IMG/VR virus record: IMGVR_UViG_3300030380_005539
Location: 107,028 to 127,027 of that record
DNA from: an uncultured virus (IMG/VR IMGVR_UViG_3300030380_005539)
Lineage: Duplodnaviria > Heunggongvirae > Uroviricota > Caudoviricetes
Length of the DNA: 20,000 nt
Strand: one strand, 5' to 3'
Shown: positions 8,993-17,128 of the stretch, one piece after another
How positions within the stretch are numbered: the stretch's first letter is position 1
Layout: each line of letters starts with the position of its first letter
Position numbers and translations under genes: made by a program
The notes under the pieces: model-generated
What the model saw: only the letters and a program-made list of their open reading frames with translations
What the model was told of the DNA's origin: nothing
Databases searched by the model: none

Positions 8993-9000
8993 ATATTTAT
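8993..9000 (+). promoter_or_regulatory. Putative late-promoter motif ATATTTAT
   Basis: Intergenic, 39 nt before ATG 9040. Confidence 0.6.
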
Positions 9001-9039
9001 TTAATAGAATAATAGATTAAATTAATAAAAAAATGTTTT

Positions 9040-9825
9040 ATGGAGCAAAATATACAAAATTCTTTAGATCCTAATTATGTACCTGAAGATTTAAGAACAC
9101 CTTTCGATGTGTTAGATTTACCATCACAGGGATTATTATACGATAATAAATTAAAACAAGTTAAAGTAGAATATTTAACTGCAATGGATGAAAATATTCT
9201 TAGTTCACCTAATTTGAGTGCAAAACCAGATGTGATGATTGATTTACTTATTAAAAGAAAGGTAAAAGATTTAAATATGGATGTTAGTGAATTGTTAGAA
9301 GGAGATAGAATGGCTATTCTAATATTTTTACGTTCTACCGCTTTTGGTGAGAAATATACCCAATTAGTTTGGGATGAAAATAGTGGTGATTATGTAGAAG
9401 GTGAGATAGATTTAAGTCAGTTAAAACAAAAAAAATTAATGATTAAACCAGATGTTAATGGTGAGATAGATTTTAAATTACCTAAATCTGGAAAATTAAT
9501 TAAGTTTAAATTTTTAACATCTAAAGAAGAACAAGAAATTGATATTGCAGACAAAAGTCAGATGAAAAGAAGTAAAGAAAAAGTTTCTCAAAAAATAACA
9601 CTTAGGTTGGAGAAATGTGTTACCGAAATTGATGGTGAGAGAGATAAAATAATAATTTCAAATATCTTAAAAAAGATACCACTTATTGATTCTAGATCAT
9701 TACGAAAGTATATTGATGATAATGAACCAGGTATTGATTTTAATACAAACGCACGGATTCAGGGGGGAGAATCCGTTAGTTGCTTTCTTAGATTCGGACC
9801 GAATTTTTTATGGCCTAAACTCTGA
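9040..9825 (+). CDS. Baseplate hub / tail assembly chaperone (T4 gp26-like)
   Basis: 261 aa; LDLPSQGLLY..VEYLTAMDENIL, LLEGDRMAILIFLRSTAFGEKY, FKLPKSGKLIKFKFLT, DSRSLRKYIDDNEPGIDF and C-terminal NFLWP match the gp26-like pattern; lies between tube and tape measure. Confidence 0.8.
   Translation: MEQNIQNSLDPNYVPEDLRTPFDVLDLPSQGLLYDNKLKQVKVEYLTAMDENILSSPNLSAKPDVMIDLLIKRKVKDLNMDVSELLEGDRMAILIFLRSTAFGEKYTQLVWDENSGDYVEGEIDLSQLKQKKLMIKPDVNGEIDFKLPKSGKLIKFKFLTSKEEQEIDIADKSQMKRSKEKVSQKITLRLEKCVTEIDGERDKIIISNILKKIPLIDSRSLRKYIDDNEPGIDFNTNARIQGGESVSCFLRFGPNFLWPKL
9753..9811 (+). other. Putative programmed frameshift cassette (two hairpins plus T6 slippery run)
   Basis: ACGGATTC-AGGGGGGA-GAATCCGT perfect 8-bp stem (9753-9776); ATTCGG-A-CCGAAT inverted repeat (9792-9804); AAT TTT TTA with T run at 9804-9809; the +1 frame is open to 9958. 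Confidence 0.6.
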
Positions 9826-9958
9826 ATACCTACTACACTTACATAAAGAAATATCTTATTTAGTAAAAACAGGTCAGTTTTCATATAGTGATATAATGAT
9901 AATGCCTACTTATAGTAGAAGAATATTTATTGGTAATCTTACTAAGAAAGAAGAATAA
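9809..9958 (+). CDS. gp51-like tail chaperone C-terminal module, probably expressed as a frameshift extension of 9040-9825
   Basis: +1 frame reads YGLNSEYLLHLHKEISYLVKTGQFSYSDIMIMPTYSRRIFIGNL, matching the gp51/gpT-like pattern (FSYSD..MP..R..F). No ATG precedes this part; the ORF track starts it at a TTG (9686) inside the upstream gene. Confidence 0.7.
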   Translation, partial: YGLNSEYLLHLHKEISYLVKTGQFSYSDIMIMPTYSRRIFIGNLTKKEE

Positions 9959-9971
9959 TTTAATTTTTCTT

Positions 9972-9987
9972 AATATTTATATAAAAA
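9972..9987 (+). promoter_or_regulatory. Putative late-promoter motif AATATTTATATAAAAA
   Basis: Identical to 2333-2348; ends 7 nt before ATG 9995. Confidence 0.7.
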
Positions 9988-9994
9988 TCGCACT

Positions 9995-11200
9995 ATGAAA
10001 AATATTGAATATTTTAATAATATTATTAAAGAAGTTATTATTGATATAGATAACTTAATAGTTGAGCAGAGTGTTAGTGTTTCTGGTTATGATGCTTTAG
10101 GTGATAGAAGTGTTAGTGATGCTGATAAAATTCAAACTATTATAGATGTTCAAAATCAAAAACCACCACAAAATCCTATAAAAATAGAAGAAATTTATAA
10201 AGATATGTCTAATGGGAAATGGCCGGATGGGTTTCCTAGTCAATCTGAATTGGAACAACATTTTCAAAATACTACAAATACTACCTATACTATTGAAGAT
10301 GGTAAATATAAAGGTAAACAACTTACTTCAGGTGTTTATGATGCTTTAAGAATCAGTAGAGGTATAAAAAGTGCTAAGTCTAGAGTAAGGTCAGGACAAA
10401 AAAAGAAAGGTAAAGGACATGCTTCTGTGTGTTATTGTGTTAGATTTGCCAGACAATTTTTAACTGATCCAGATGATCTTGTAGAGGAAGAGAATAAATG
10501 TCCACAAGGAAATAAAAGCGCATGTATGAAAAAATGGGAAGATGATTTAAACGCGTGGTTGCCAGCACAAAATGAATATACTAAAAATTTAACTGAAGAA
10601 TATAGACTAGATTGTATTTCAAGATATAAAAATGAAATGTTTGATTTAGATACTAGAAATTTATACGTTCATAATAATCCTAATATAACCAATACTCCTT
10701 ATTGTGAAAAATGGGATAATGATATTAAAGACCTTTTTGATGGTATAGAATCAGATCTTTCAGGTTTACTAAGTAAATTTTTTAGGGTAAAAAATCAAAA
10801 ACAATTAAAAGTTAACGCTAATAAAGGTTCTGTTTCTGATAAATTAATAGTTTATAGTAATATAACAATAAAATATGAAAATAGACCTACGGATTATAAT
10901 GATAGTGGTGCAGGAGTTCCTCCTAGAGAAAATAACACCACTTTCCCTACTTGTGTAGCTAATTCAAGTAATATTAAAAAAGGTGATGAGGTTAAATATG
11001 AGGTAATGACTGCAAGTCCATTAAATAAAGGTAAAACCGTGCAATTAAAAGATCCTGATGGAAAATATTTATTAATTACTTTTTCTAGTACAGAAAGAGG
11101 TGAGAACCAAAATGGGAATTTAAAATTTTGCGATTCCAATGGTAAACCCGTATGTTCACAAATAGGTTGGAATGGTAAGATAACAAGACTAGAAATGTAA
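9995..11200 (+). CDS. Leader-bearing Cys-rich hypothetical protein
   Basis: 401 aa; leader ..IIKEVIIDIDNLIVEQ; nine Cys (e.g. VCYC, CPQGNKSAC, FCDSNGKPVC); basic patch KSAKSRVRSGQKKKGKG. Confidence 0.85.
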   Translation: MKNIEYFNNIIKEVIIDIDNLIVEQSVSVSGYDALGDRSVSDADKIQTIIDVQNQKPPQNPIKIEEIYKDMSNGKWPDGFPSQSELEQHFQNTTNTTYTIEDGKYKGKQLTSGVYDALRISRGIKSAKSRVRSGQKKKGKGHASVCYCVRFARQFLTDPDDLVEEENKCPQGNKSACMKKWEDDLNAWLPAQNEYTKNLTEEYRLDCISRYKNEMFDLDTRNLYVHNNPNITNTPYCEKWDNDIKDLFDGIESDLSGLLSKFFRVKNQKQLKVNANKGSVSDKLIVYSNITIKYENRPTDYNDSGAGVPPRENNTTFPTCVANSSNIKKGDEVKYEVMTASPLNKGKTVQLKDPDGKYLLITFSSTERGENQNGNLKFCDSNGKPVCSQIGWNGKITRLEM

Positions 11201-11206
11201 TGAACT

Positions 11207-13123
11207 ATGGCAGGAGAATTCACACCAGGTAGTGATGATTGGTTTAAAGAAAAACTAAAAAATCAAAAAGAATTAATTCGTGAAAGTAAAAATTGGCGAG
11301 ACAGTTTAGATGGTATTAGTAGAGATGAACGTAAGGCAGAATTAGAGGGTATAAAACAAAAAAAGGAAGCTTTAAGTAAACTTACTCTTGAAACTGAGGA
11401 ACAAAAAAAAAATGCAGAAGAACTACTTAAGATTTATGAAAAACAAGAAAAAATATATAAATCTCAATACGAAGTTACTGGTAGAATTACACAAGAAGTT
11501 AAGGTTACGTATAGACAATTTCAAAACTTTTTAACCACTAGTGCCGATCAATATAATTACGCACAAAAAATTGCCAAAGAATATTTAATGGTTTCTAGAA
11601 ATATTGGTGCAGGTGCAGCACATCAAGAAAGATTAACTAGAACATTTAAAGATACTTTACCAGAAGTTGAACAAATGGGTGGTAGTATGGAAGATATTAC
11701 TAATATGATGGAAACTATGGCAGATGAATCAGGTAGAATGAAAATTTTAGATAATGAAGATGTCATTAACATTGAAAAAATATCTAGAGGTGTTAATTTA
11801 AGTGCTTCTGAAACTGCAAAAATGGCAGAAATGTTTGACTTAATGGGTATTTCTACAAACGCAATGACTAAAGGATTAGAAGATGTTTTTAAAGAATCTC
11901 AAAAATTAGGGTTAAATGCATCAAAAGTAGTAAAACAACTATCAAGTAATATGAAATCTATCCAATCATATTCATTTGCTAGTGGTGTAAGAGGTATGAC
12001 TGAAATGGCTAAACAAGCGGTTAAAATGAGGATTGATGTTTCTGATGTATTACAAATGGCAGATAAATTCTATCAACCAGAAGCGGCGATTGAAGCAGCA
12101 GCTAACTTACAGATGTTGGGTGGAGATATAGCAAAAGCATTTGGTGATCCTTTTGAGACTATGTATATGGCTCGTAATAAACCAGAAGAATTAGCGAATA
12201 AATTGGAAGACATGACTAAAAACATGTTACAATTTAACGAAGAAAGTGGTAGATACGAATTACCCGCAGAAGCTAGAATGCAATTAAAAGCGGCAGGTGA
12301 TCAATTGGGTATCAATACAGAGAAAATGGTTGAAATGGCTAGACAATCTAGTAAAATTAACGACCTTAAAATGAAGTTTACGGCTATTGGTGATAATGAA
12401 ATGAAAGAAAACTTAGCATCTTTAGCTAAATTTTCAGAAGAAAAAGGAGAATTTGTTATCCAACACAACGGTGAAGAATTAGGATTAGATGAAGTTAACG
12501 AATCTATGGTTGATGAGATAATGGAAGCTAATGCAAATGAAGGTAAAACAGATAGTGATTTATTTAAAAATATTGCAATAAACACTCAAACTATGAGTGA
12601 ACAATTGCAGAGTTTAAAAGAAAGTGGTAAAGCTGCAATTGCAGGTGGTACAGATTTATATGAGATAACTGCAGAAAATATGAAAAAGACTTTAGTAACA
12701 CCTATGAAAAATACTATGGATGTTGCCGTAAAACAATTTCAAGAAGCGTTTAAACCAGGTGCTTTATTTGAATCAGATGAATGGACTAATGCTACTAATG
12801 AATTTGGAGAAACTATGGGTAAAATGGGTGATGAATTAAATGATTTCATTAATAATTTACCAAAAATACCAACAAATACCGGTCCCGGTAACACCAACAA
12901 TACAGGTGACCCTAATAGCGGTCCAGGTAATACAGGAAATCCTACTGCGTCAGTAACTAAAAATCAAAATATTAATTTAGATGTTGCAATAAATGGGTCT
13001 GGAACATTTACACCTGCACAACTGCAAATGATTCAGGATGAAATTACACGAAAAATTGTGAATGGGATAGAAATAAAAACAGATGGAACTGATATTGAGG
13101 TAGTAATTAATAATATAACTTAA
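11207..13123 (+). CDS. Tail tape measure protein
   Basis: 638 aa; long Ala/Met/Glu/Lys-rich helical sequence with N-terminal coiled coil; GMTEMAKQAVKMR, AAIEAAANLQMLGG, GDPF; sits downstream of the chaperone and upstream of baseplate genes. Confidence 0.8.
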   Translation: MAGEFTPGSDDWFKEKLKNQKELIRESKNWRDSLDGISRDERKAELEGIKQKKEALSKLTLETEEQKKNAEELLKIYEKQEKIYKSQYEVTGRITQEVKVTYRQFQNFLTTSADQYNYAQKIAKEYLMVSRNIGAGAAHQERLTRTFKDTLPEVEQMGGSMEDITNMMETMADESGRMKILDNEDVINIEKISRGVNLSASETAKMAEMFDLMGISTNAMTKGLEDVFKESQKLGLNASKVVKQLSSNMKSIQSYSFASGVRGMTEMAKQAVKMRIDVSDVLQMADKFYQPEAAIEAAANLQMLGGDIAKAFGDPFETMYMARNKPEELANKLEDMTKNMLQFNEESGRYELPAEARMQLKAAGDQLGINTEKMVEMARQSSKINDLKMKFTAIGDNEMKENLASLAKFSEEKGEFVIQHNGEELGLDEVNESMVDEIMEANANEGKTDSDLFKNIAINTQTMSEQLQSLKESGKAAIAGGTDLYEITAENMKKTLVTPMKNTMDVAVKQFQEAFKPGALFESDEWTNATNEFGETMGKMGDELNDFINNLPKIPTNTGPGNTNNTGDPNSGPGNTGNPTASVTKNQNINLDVAINGSGTFTPAQLQMIQDEITRKIVNGIEIKTDGTDIEVVINNIT

Positions 13124-13142
13124 AAAAAATTTGTTTCTACTA

Positions 13143-13173
13143 TTGACTTTTTAAAATTATTTTCTTATATTTG
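13143..13173 (+). promoter_or_regulatory. Host-sigma-type promoter
   Basis: TTGACT (13143-13148), 17 nt, TATATT (13166-13171). The same bases fit the Bacteroidota consensus TTG-N20-TAnnTTTG (TATATTTG, 13166-13173). Confidence 0.6.
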
Positions 13174-13298
13174 ACCAGAAATAGACCTTAAAAATTATAA
13201 ATAATTATTAAAACTAGAATAAATATAATAAATAAACTAGTAATAATCTATTAATTATATATAATATATAATTTTATCTCCTGAAATTTAGCCTTTAA

Positions 13299-13306
13299 AT
13301 ATTTAT
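13299..13306 (+). promoter_or_regulatory. Putative late-promoter motif ATATTTAT
   Basis: 15 nt before ATG 13322; a second copy (13316-13323) overlaps the ATG. Confidence 0.6.
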
Positions 13307-13321
13307 ATATAAAGAATATTT

Positions 13322-16300
13322 ATGTCAGGCATTTTAAATCAAACATTATATACTACTAATTTTGGTGTGTTAAGCACTGAAGATTTACGAGATATATTAT
13401 TAAGTAAAAATTTACCTCCACCAACTAATAGAACTTTAGTTGAAGGGGGTTTAACCTCTAAACTTGATGATATAGGTAATATTGTAAAAGTACCTGTTAA
13501 TGGTGTACAAAGTGAAAATACTGTTATTTCTTATAACGAAGATGAAAATATCATTACGGAAGGAGAAAATTTCAGAGACACTCAAAACGTAAATAATAAC
13601 AGATATATTCCGCCGACAGATGGTTATGAGGAATTTAGTGTTGTAATACCTTCTGAACCTTATTTCGATTCTTCAGTGAAAGATAGAATTCCATACCCTT
13701 TATTTTCTAATACTGAAAGTTTTACTTTATTAAGTAGAGGAGATTCTCCTTATGTTACTTTTCCATTTGATGTTATAGACAAAATGTCAACACTAAATTA
13801 TAACAATGAATCATCTTTAGGTATTATAGGTGCTGGAGAATTAAAAACTAACGTTATTAGTAAAGTTTCTCAAATACAAAATAAAATGTCTAGTGATTTA
13901 ATTAAATTTGCTATAACATATTTTCAACCACCTGAAGATGAAGCAACTGATTTTGAAGATAGAATGAGAGGAGAACCTTCAAACGGAGGAATTCTACCTG
14001 ATGAATCGATAGGTTGGCAAGAATATAATAGACAATTAAAAAGTAATAAAGGGGGTAAGAGTAATGATAAAAATCAGAGTTCTCCTGTTATATCTACAGA
14101 ACAAAGAAGTAATTCTTTAATTAGTAATACAGGTATCAATCAAACAACGTTTTTATTTAATGCTTTAGGTTTAAATTTATATGTACCAAATTATACAGAC
14201 AGAAGATTATCATCAACATCTGATGGTGGTACATCTAGTAGATATTATATAGGTAGTGAAAGAACTACTAATAGAGGTAGTAAAATAATGACTACTTTTA
14301 CTTCTGAAGATTTTAATGGTGCAGATGGTATTAATTCAGAACAAGTAGGACAGACTACAGTTGGTAGGAATTATTATTGGGAATTTAAAGATAGTAATAA
14401 TTTTAATAATAAAACTTTATTATCGGAGACACAAAATTTAGTAAATAACTTTTCTGATGATGTGTACATAGATCAAACTAAAAAGTTTTTTAAAGATAGA
14501 GTAAAAGGTAGATTAATTAGTAGAGGTAATGCTATAAGTAGTGAATCTTTTGAATCTGCAATTAAAAACGGTAAATTTTGTAGGGTATGGACACCAAATA
14601 ATCCTTATAAATATAGTAATGCAATTAGAAAAAGTGGTTTATTTAGTTCAGATAGTAAAAATAAACCAGGTTTTTCTGTTACATCTGATAATGCATCTTT
14701 AAGTGTATTACAAAGTAACGGTTTTCCTAAGACACATTCTACAGAAATAGATAGAACAACATCTTTTAAAAAGTATATGTTATCTATTGAAAATTTAGCG
14801 TGGGCAGATAATTTAGCAGATTTAACATTAGATGAAATTGGACCTGGCGATCCATTAAGTAGAAATAAAGGTAGAATTATGTGGTTTCCTCCATATGATT
14901 TAGGATTTGATGAGAATATGAGTGCCAATTGGACTAAAACAGATTTTATAGGTAGAGGTGAACCTGTATATACATATAATAATTCTACTCGTAGCGGACA
15001 GTTAAAATTTAAGGTATTGGTTGACCACCCTAAAGTAATAAATGCATATAGAGGTAGAAGAACAAATGAAATAGAAAGATTTTTTGCTGGTTGTATATCA
15101 CCACAAGAGTTTTTAGATTTATTAGATAATAGCCAAGGTGTTAGTCAAAATACTAAAAACGAAATAGAAAAAAAATTAAATATACAAAAACAACAATCTA
15201 CTGCGTCTAACTATAGTGCTAGTGAAAAATACGTATTAAAATTTGATAAAAATAGTGACACAGGTGTAAGTATCGATGCGGCATCTATAACAGAATTTTT
15301 AAATATTCAAAAAAATAGTGATAAAACAGTAAAAATTAATATCAATGGTTTTGCATCTAAAGATGAAACTAATGCAACTACGTTGGCTAGTAAAAGGGCT
15401 ACTGACATCAAAGCACAAGTAGAATCGGTAGTAAACTCAATAAGTAATGTAAATTCTACTACTGTTGTAAAATCTAGTGTTATTGACATAAGTGGTGATG
15501 AGAATAGTAGGAGAGTAGACATTAAAATAAGTTATGATGCGGTTAATGATAATACCGCACAACACCAACAAACTGATATGAATAGTAATTTAGTTTCTCT
15601 ACCTTTAGATTCACAAATAGTAGATAATTTAAGAATTGATGAAACAAGATATTTTGATTTCATAGGGGAGGAATATCCTGAGTATTTTGAAACTATTTCA
15701 GAAAAAATTAAATATTTTCATCCAGGATTCCACTCAACTACGCCAGAAGGTTTAAACACAAGATTAACATTTTTACAACAATGTTTAAGACAGGGACCTA
15801 GTATATATGATAAAGCTAACTCTACTGGTATAAAAGCGCAAAACTTAGCTTTTGGTAGACCACCTATATGTATTTTAAGAATAGGTGATTACATTAACAC
15901 TAAAATCACAATTAATAGTTTAAGTATTACTTATGCTACTGGTAATTCACCTCAGTGGGATTTAAATCCAGAAGGTATAGGTGTACAACCAATGATGGCA
16001 GATGTTACATTATCTATTGATATTATAGGTGGGCAATCCTTACAAGGACCTATTAGTAGATTACAAAACGCATTATCATTTAATTACTATGCAAATACAG
16101 AAATGTATGAAAGAAGAAGTGATAAATTAGAAGTTGAAGCATTTATAGGTGCTAGAATAATTGATGGTAGAAATAGTCTATTTAGCGAATTATTACCGGG
16201 TATTGCAAATATAGGTCAAAAAATAAAATTAATAGGAGACTCACCTAATGCTAGTCTTAAACAAGAAGTACCTCTAAATCAGGCATCACAGAATACTGGT

Positions 16301-16786
16301 GAGTCACAACCTACAATACCATCTAATAGTATTGAAATAAATATTAATCCTAATGGACAAAATGTAATAGTGGAAACACTTATAAATTCAATATTAACAC
16401 CATTACCAAACCCCATAAATGTAGTTATAACTGATAGTGGTAGTGATATAGTACATATAGATGAAGTATTCACTAGTAAAAGTAATACTATAGAACTAAG
16501 TAACATACCAATATTTAGTATTGCTTTTAGTCAATCTCAAGATATTGTAGACTTTAATGGCGATATACTAGATTTACAAGCGGAATATGATTCATTATCA
16601 AACACAAGTGCATATAACATAAATAGAAAAAGTCAAATACAAACAGAGATACAAAATATAGAAAACAGTATAGATGAATTAAAAGAATCTATAATTAGTG
16701 TTAGTATAAGTGTATCATATGAAAACGATGGAGAAGAACTTCAACGTAATCAAACATTTACTATTTCAGATAATAAATTATTATAA
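13322..16786 (+). CDS. Large baseplate / tail-tube initiator-like protein with inserted OmpA-like domain
   Basis: 1154 aa; FPPYDLGFDENMSANW..IGRGEPVYTYNNSTRSGQLKF (about 14870-15030) and RPPICILRIGD..INSLSITY..WDL..QPMMADVTLSIDIIG (about 15857-16040) resemble two halves of a tube-initiator fold. ININGFAS..LASKRA..RRVDIKI lies between them. Confidence 0.65.
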   Translation: MSGILNQTLYTTNFGVLSTEDLRDILLSKNLPPPTNRTLVEGGLTSKLDDIGNIVKVPVNGVQSENTVISYNEDENIITEGENFRDTQNVNNNRYIPPTDGYEEFSVVIPSEPYFDSSVKDRIPYPLFSNTESFTLLSRGDSPYVTFPFDVIDKMSTLNYNNESSLGIIGAGELKTNVISKVSQIQNKMSSDLIKFAITYFQPPEDEATDFEDRMRGEPSNGGILPDESIGWQEYNRQLKSNKGGKSNDKNQSSPVISTEQRSNSLISNTGINQTTFLFNALGLNLYVPNYTDRRLSSTSDGGTSSRYYIGSERTTNRGSKIMTTFTSEDFNGADGINSEQVGQTTVGRNYYWEFKDSNNFNNKTLLSETQNLVNNFSDDVYIDQTKKFFKDRVKGRLISRGNAISSESFESAIKNGKFCRVWTPNNPYKYSNAIRKSGLFSSDSKNKPGFSVTSDNASLSVLQSNGFPKTHSTEIDRTTSFKKYMLSIENLAWADNLADLTLDEIGPGDPLSRNKGRIMWFPPYDLGFDENMSANWTKTDFIGRGEPVYTYNNSTRSGQLKFKVLVDHPKVINAYRGRRTNEIERFFAGCISPQEFLDLLDNSQGVSQNTKNEIEKKLNIQKQQSTASNYSASEKYVLKFDKNSDTGVSIDAASITEFLNIQKNSDKTVKININGFASKDETNATTLASKRATDIKAQVESVVNSISNVNSTTVVKSSVIDISGDENSRRVDIKISYDAVNDNTAQHQQTDMNSNLVSLPLDSQIVDNLRIDETRYFDFIGEEYPEYFETISEKIKYFHPGFHSTTPEGLNTRLTFLQQCLRQGPSIYDKANSTGIKAQNLAFGRPPICILRIGDYINTKITINSLSITYATGNSPQWDLNPEGIGVQPMMADVTLSIDIIGGQSLQGPISRLQNALSFNYYANTEMYERRSDKLEVEAFIGARIIDGRNSLFSELLPGIANIGQKIKLIGDSPNASLKQEVPLNQASQNTGESQPTIPSNSIEININPNGQNVIVETLINSILTPLPNPINVVITDSGSDIVHIDEVFTSKSNTIELSNIPIFSIAFSQSQDIVDFNGDILDLQAEYDSLSNTSAYNINRKSQIQTEIQNIENSIDELKESIISVSISVSYENDGEELQRNQTFTISDNKLL

Positions 16787-16791
16787 GTATT

Positions 16792-17118
16792 ATGAGTACA
16801 GAATATTATAACCGATATCAAAAATTCAACTTTAATGGTAAATACACACCGTTACCATTTATAAAAATAGAGCCTAAATCTAGTGATAAATCAGTTTTAT
16901 ATAGACAAACTCAAAGTAGAATGGACAAATTAAGTCAAGAATATTATGGAAACCCTTATCACGGTTGGTTAATTATGTTAGCTAATCCACAGTATGGGGG
17001 GGTAGAAGAGTCAATACCAAATAATGAAATAATAAGAATACCTTTTCCGTTTAAAGACAGTTTACAACAATATATTTCTGAAGTACAAAAATATCAGAAA
17101 TTAAACGGAACGGGTTAA
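16792..17118 (+). CDS. LysM-like baseplate wedge protein (T4 gp53 / P2 gpX-like)
   Basis: 108 aa; SRMDKLSQEYYGNPYHGWLIMLANP..IPNNEIIRIP matches the gp53/gpX LysM pattern (RLD.LA..YYG....W.I..AN....IRIP). Confidence 0.8.
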   Translation: MSTEYYNRYQKFNFNGKYTPLPFIKIEPKSSDKSVLYRQTQSRMDKLSQEYYGNPYHGWLIMLANPQYGGVEESIPNNEIIRIPFPFKDSLQQYISEVQKYQKLNGTG

Positions 17119-17128
17119 ATTTTAAGTT

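Noticed and set aside
9686..9808. TTG-started N-terminal part of ORF 9686-9958 as an independent gene start
   Set aside because: It lies 140 nt inside the chaperone gene with no initiation signal; protein-like sequence begins only at the T run, which favours frameshift entry.
9804..9818. Canonical -1 frameshift at T TTT TTA
   Set aside because: The -1 frame hits TAA at 9816-9818 and gives no extension.
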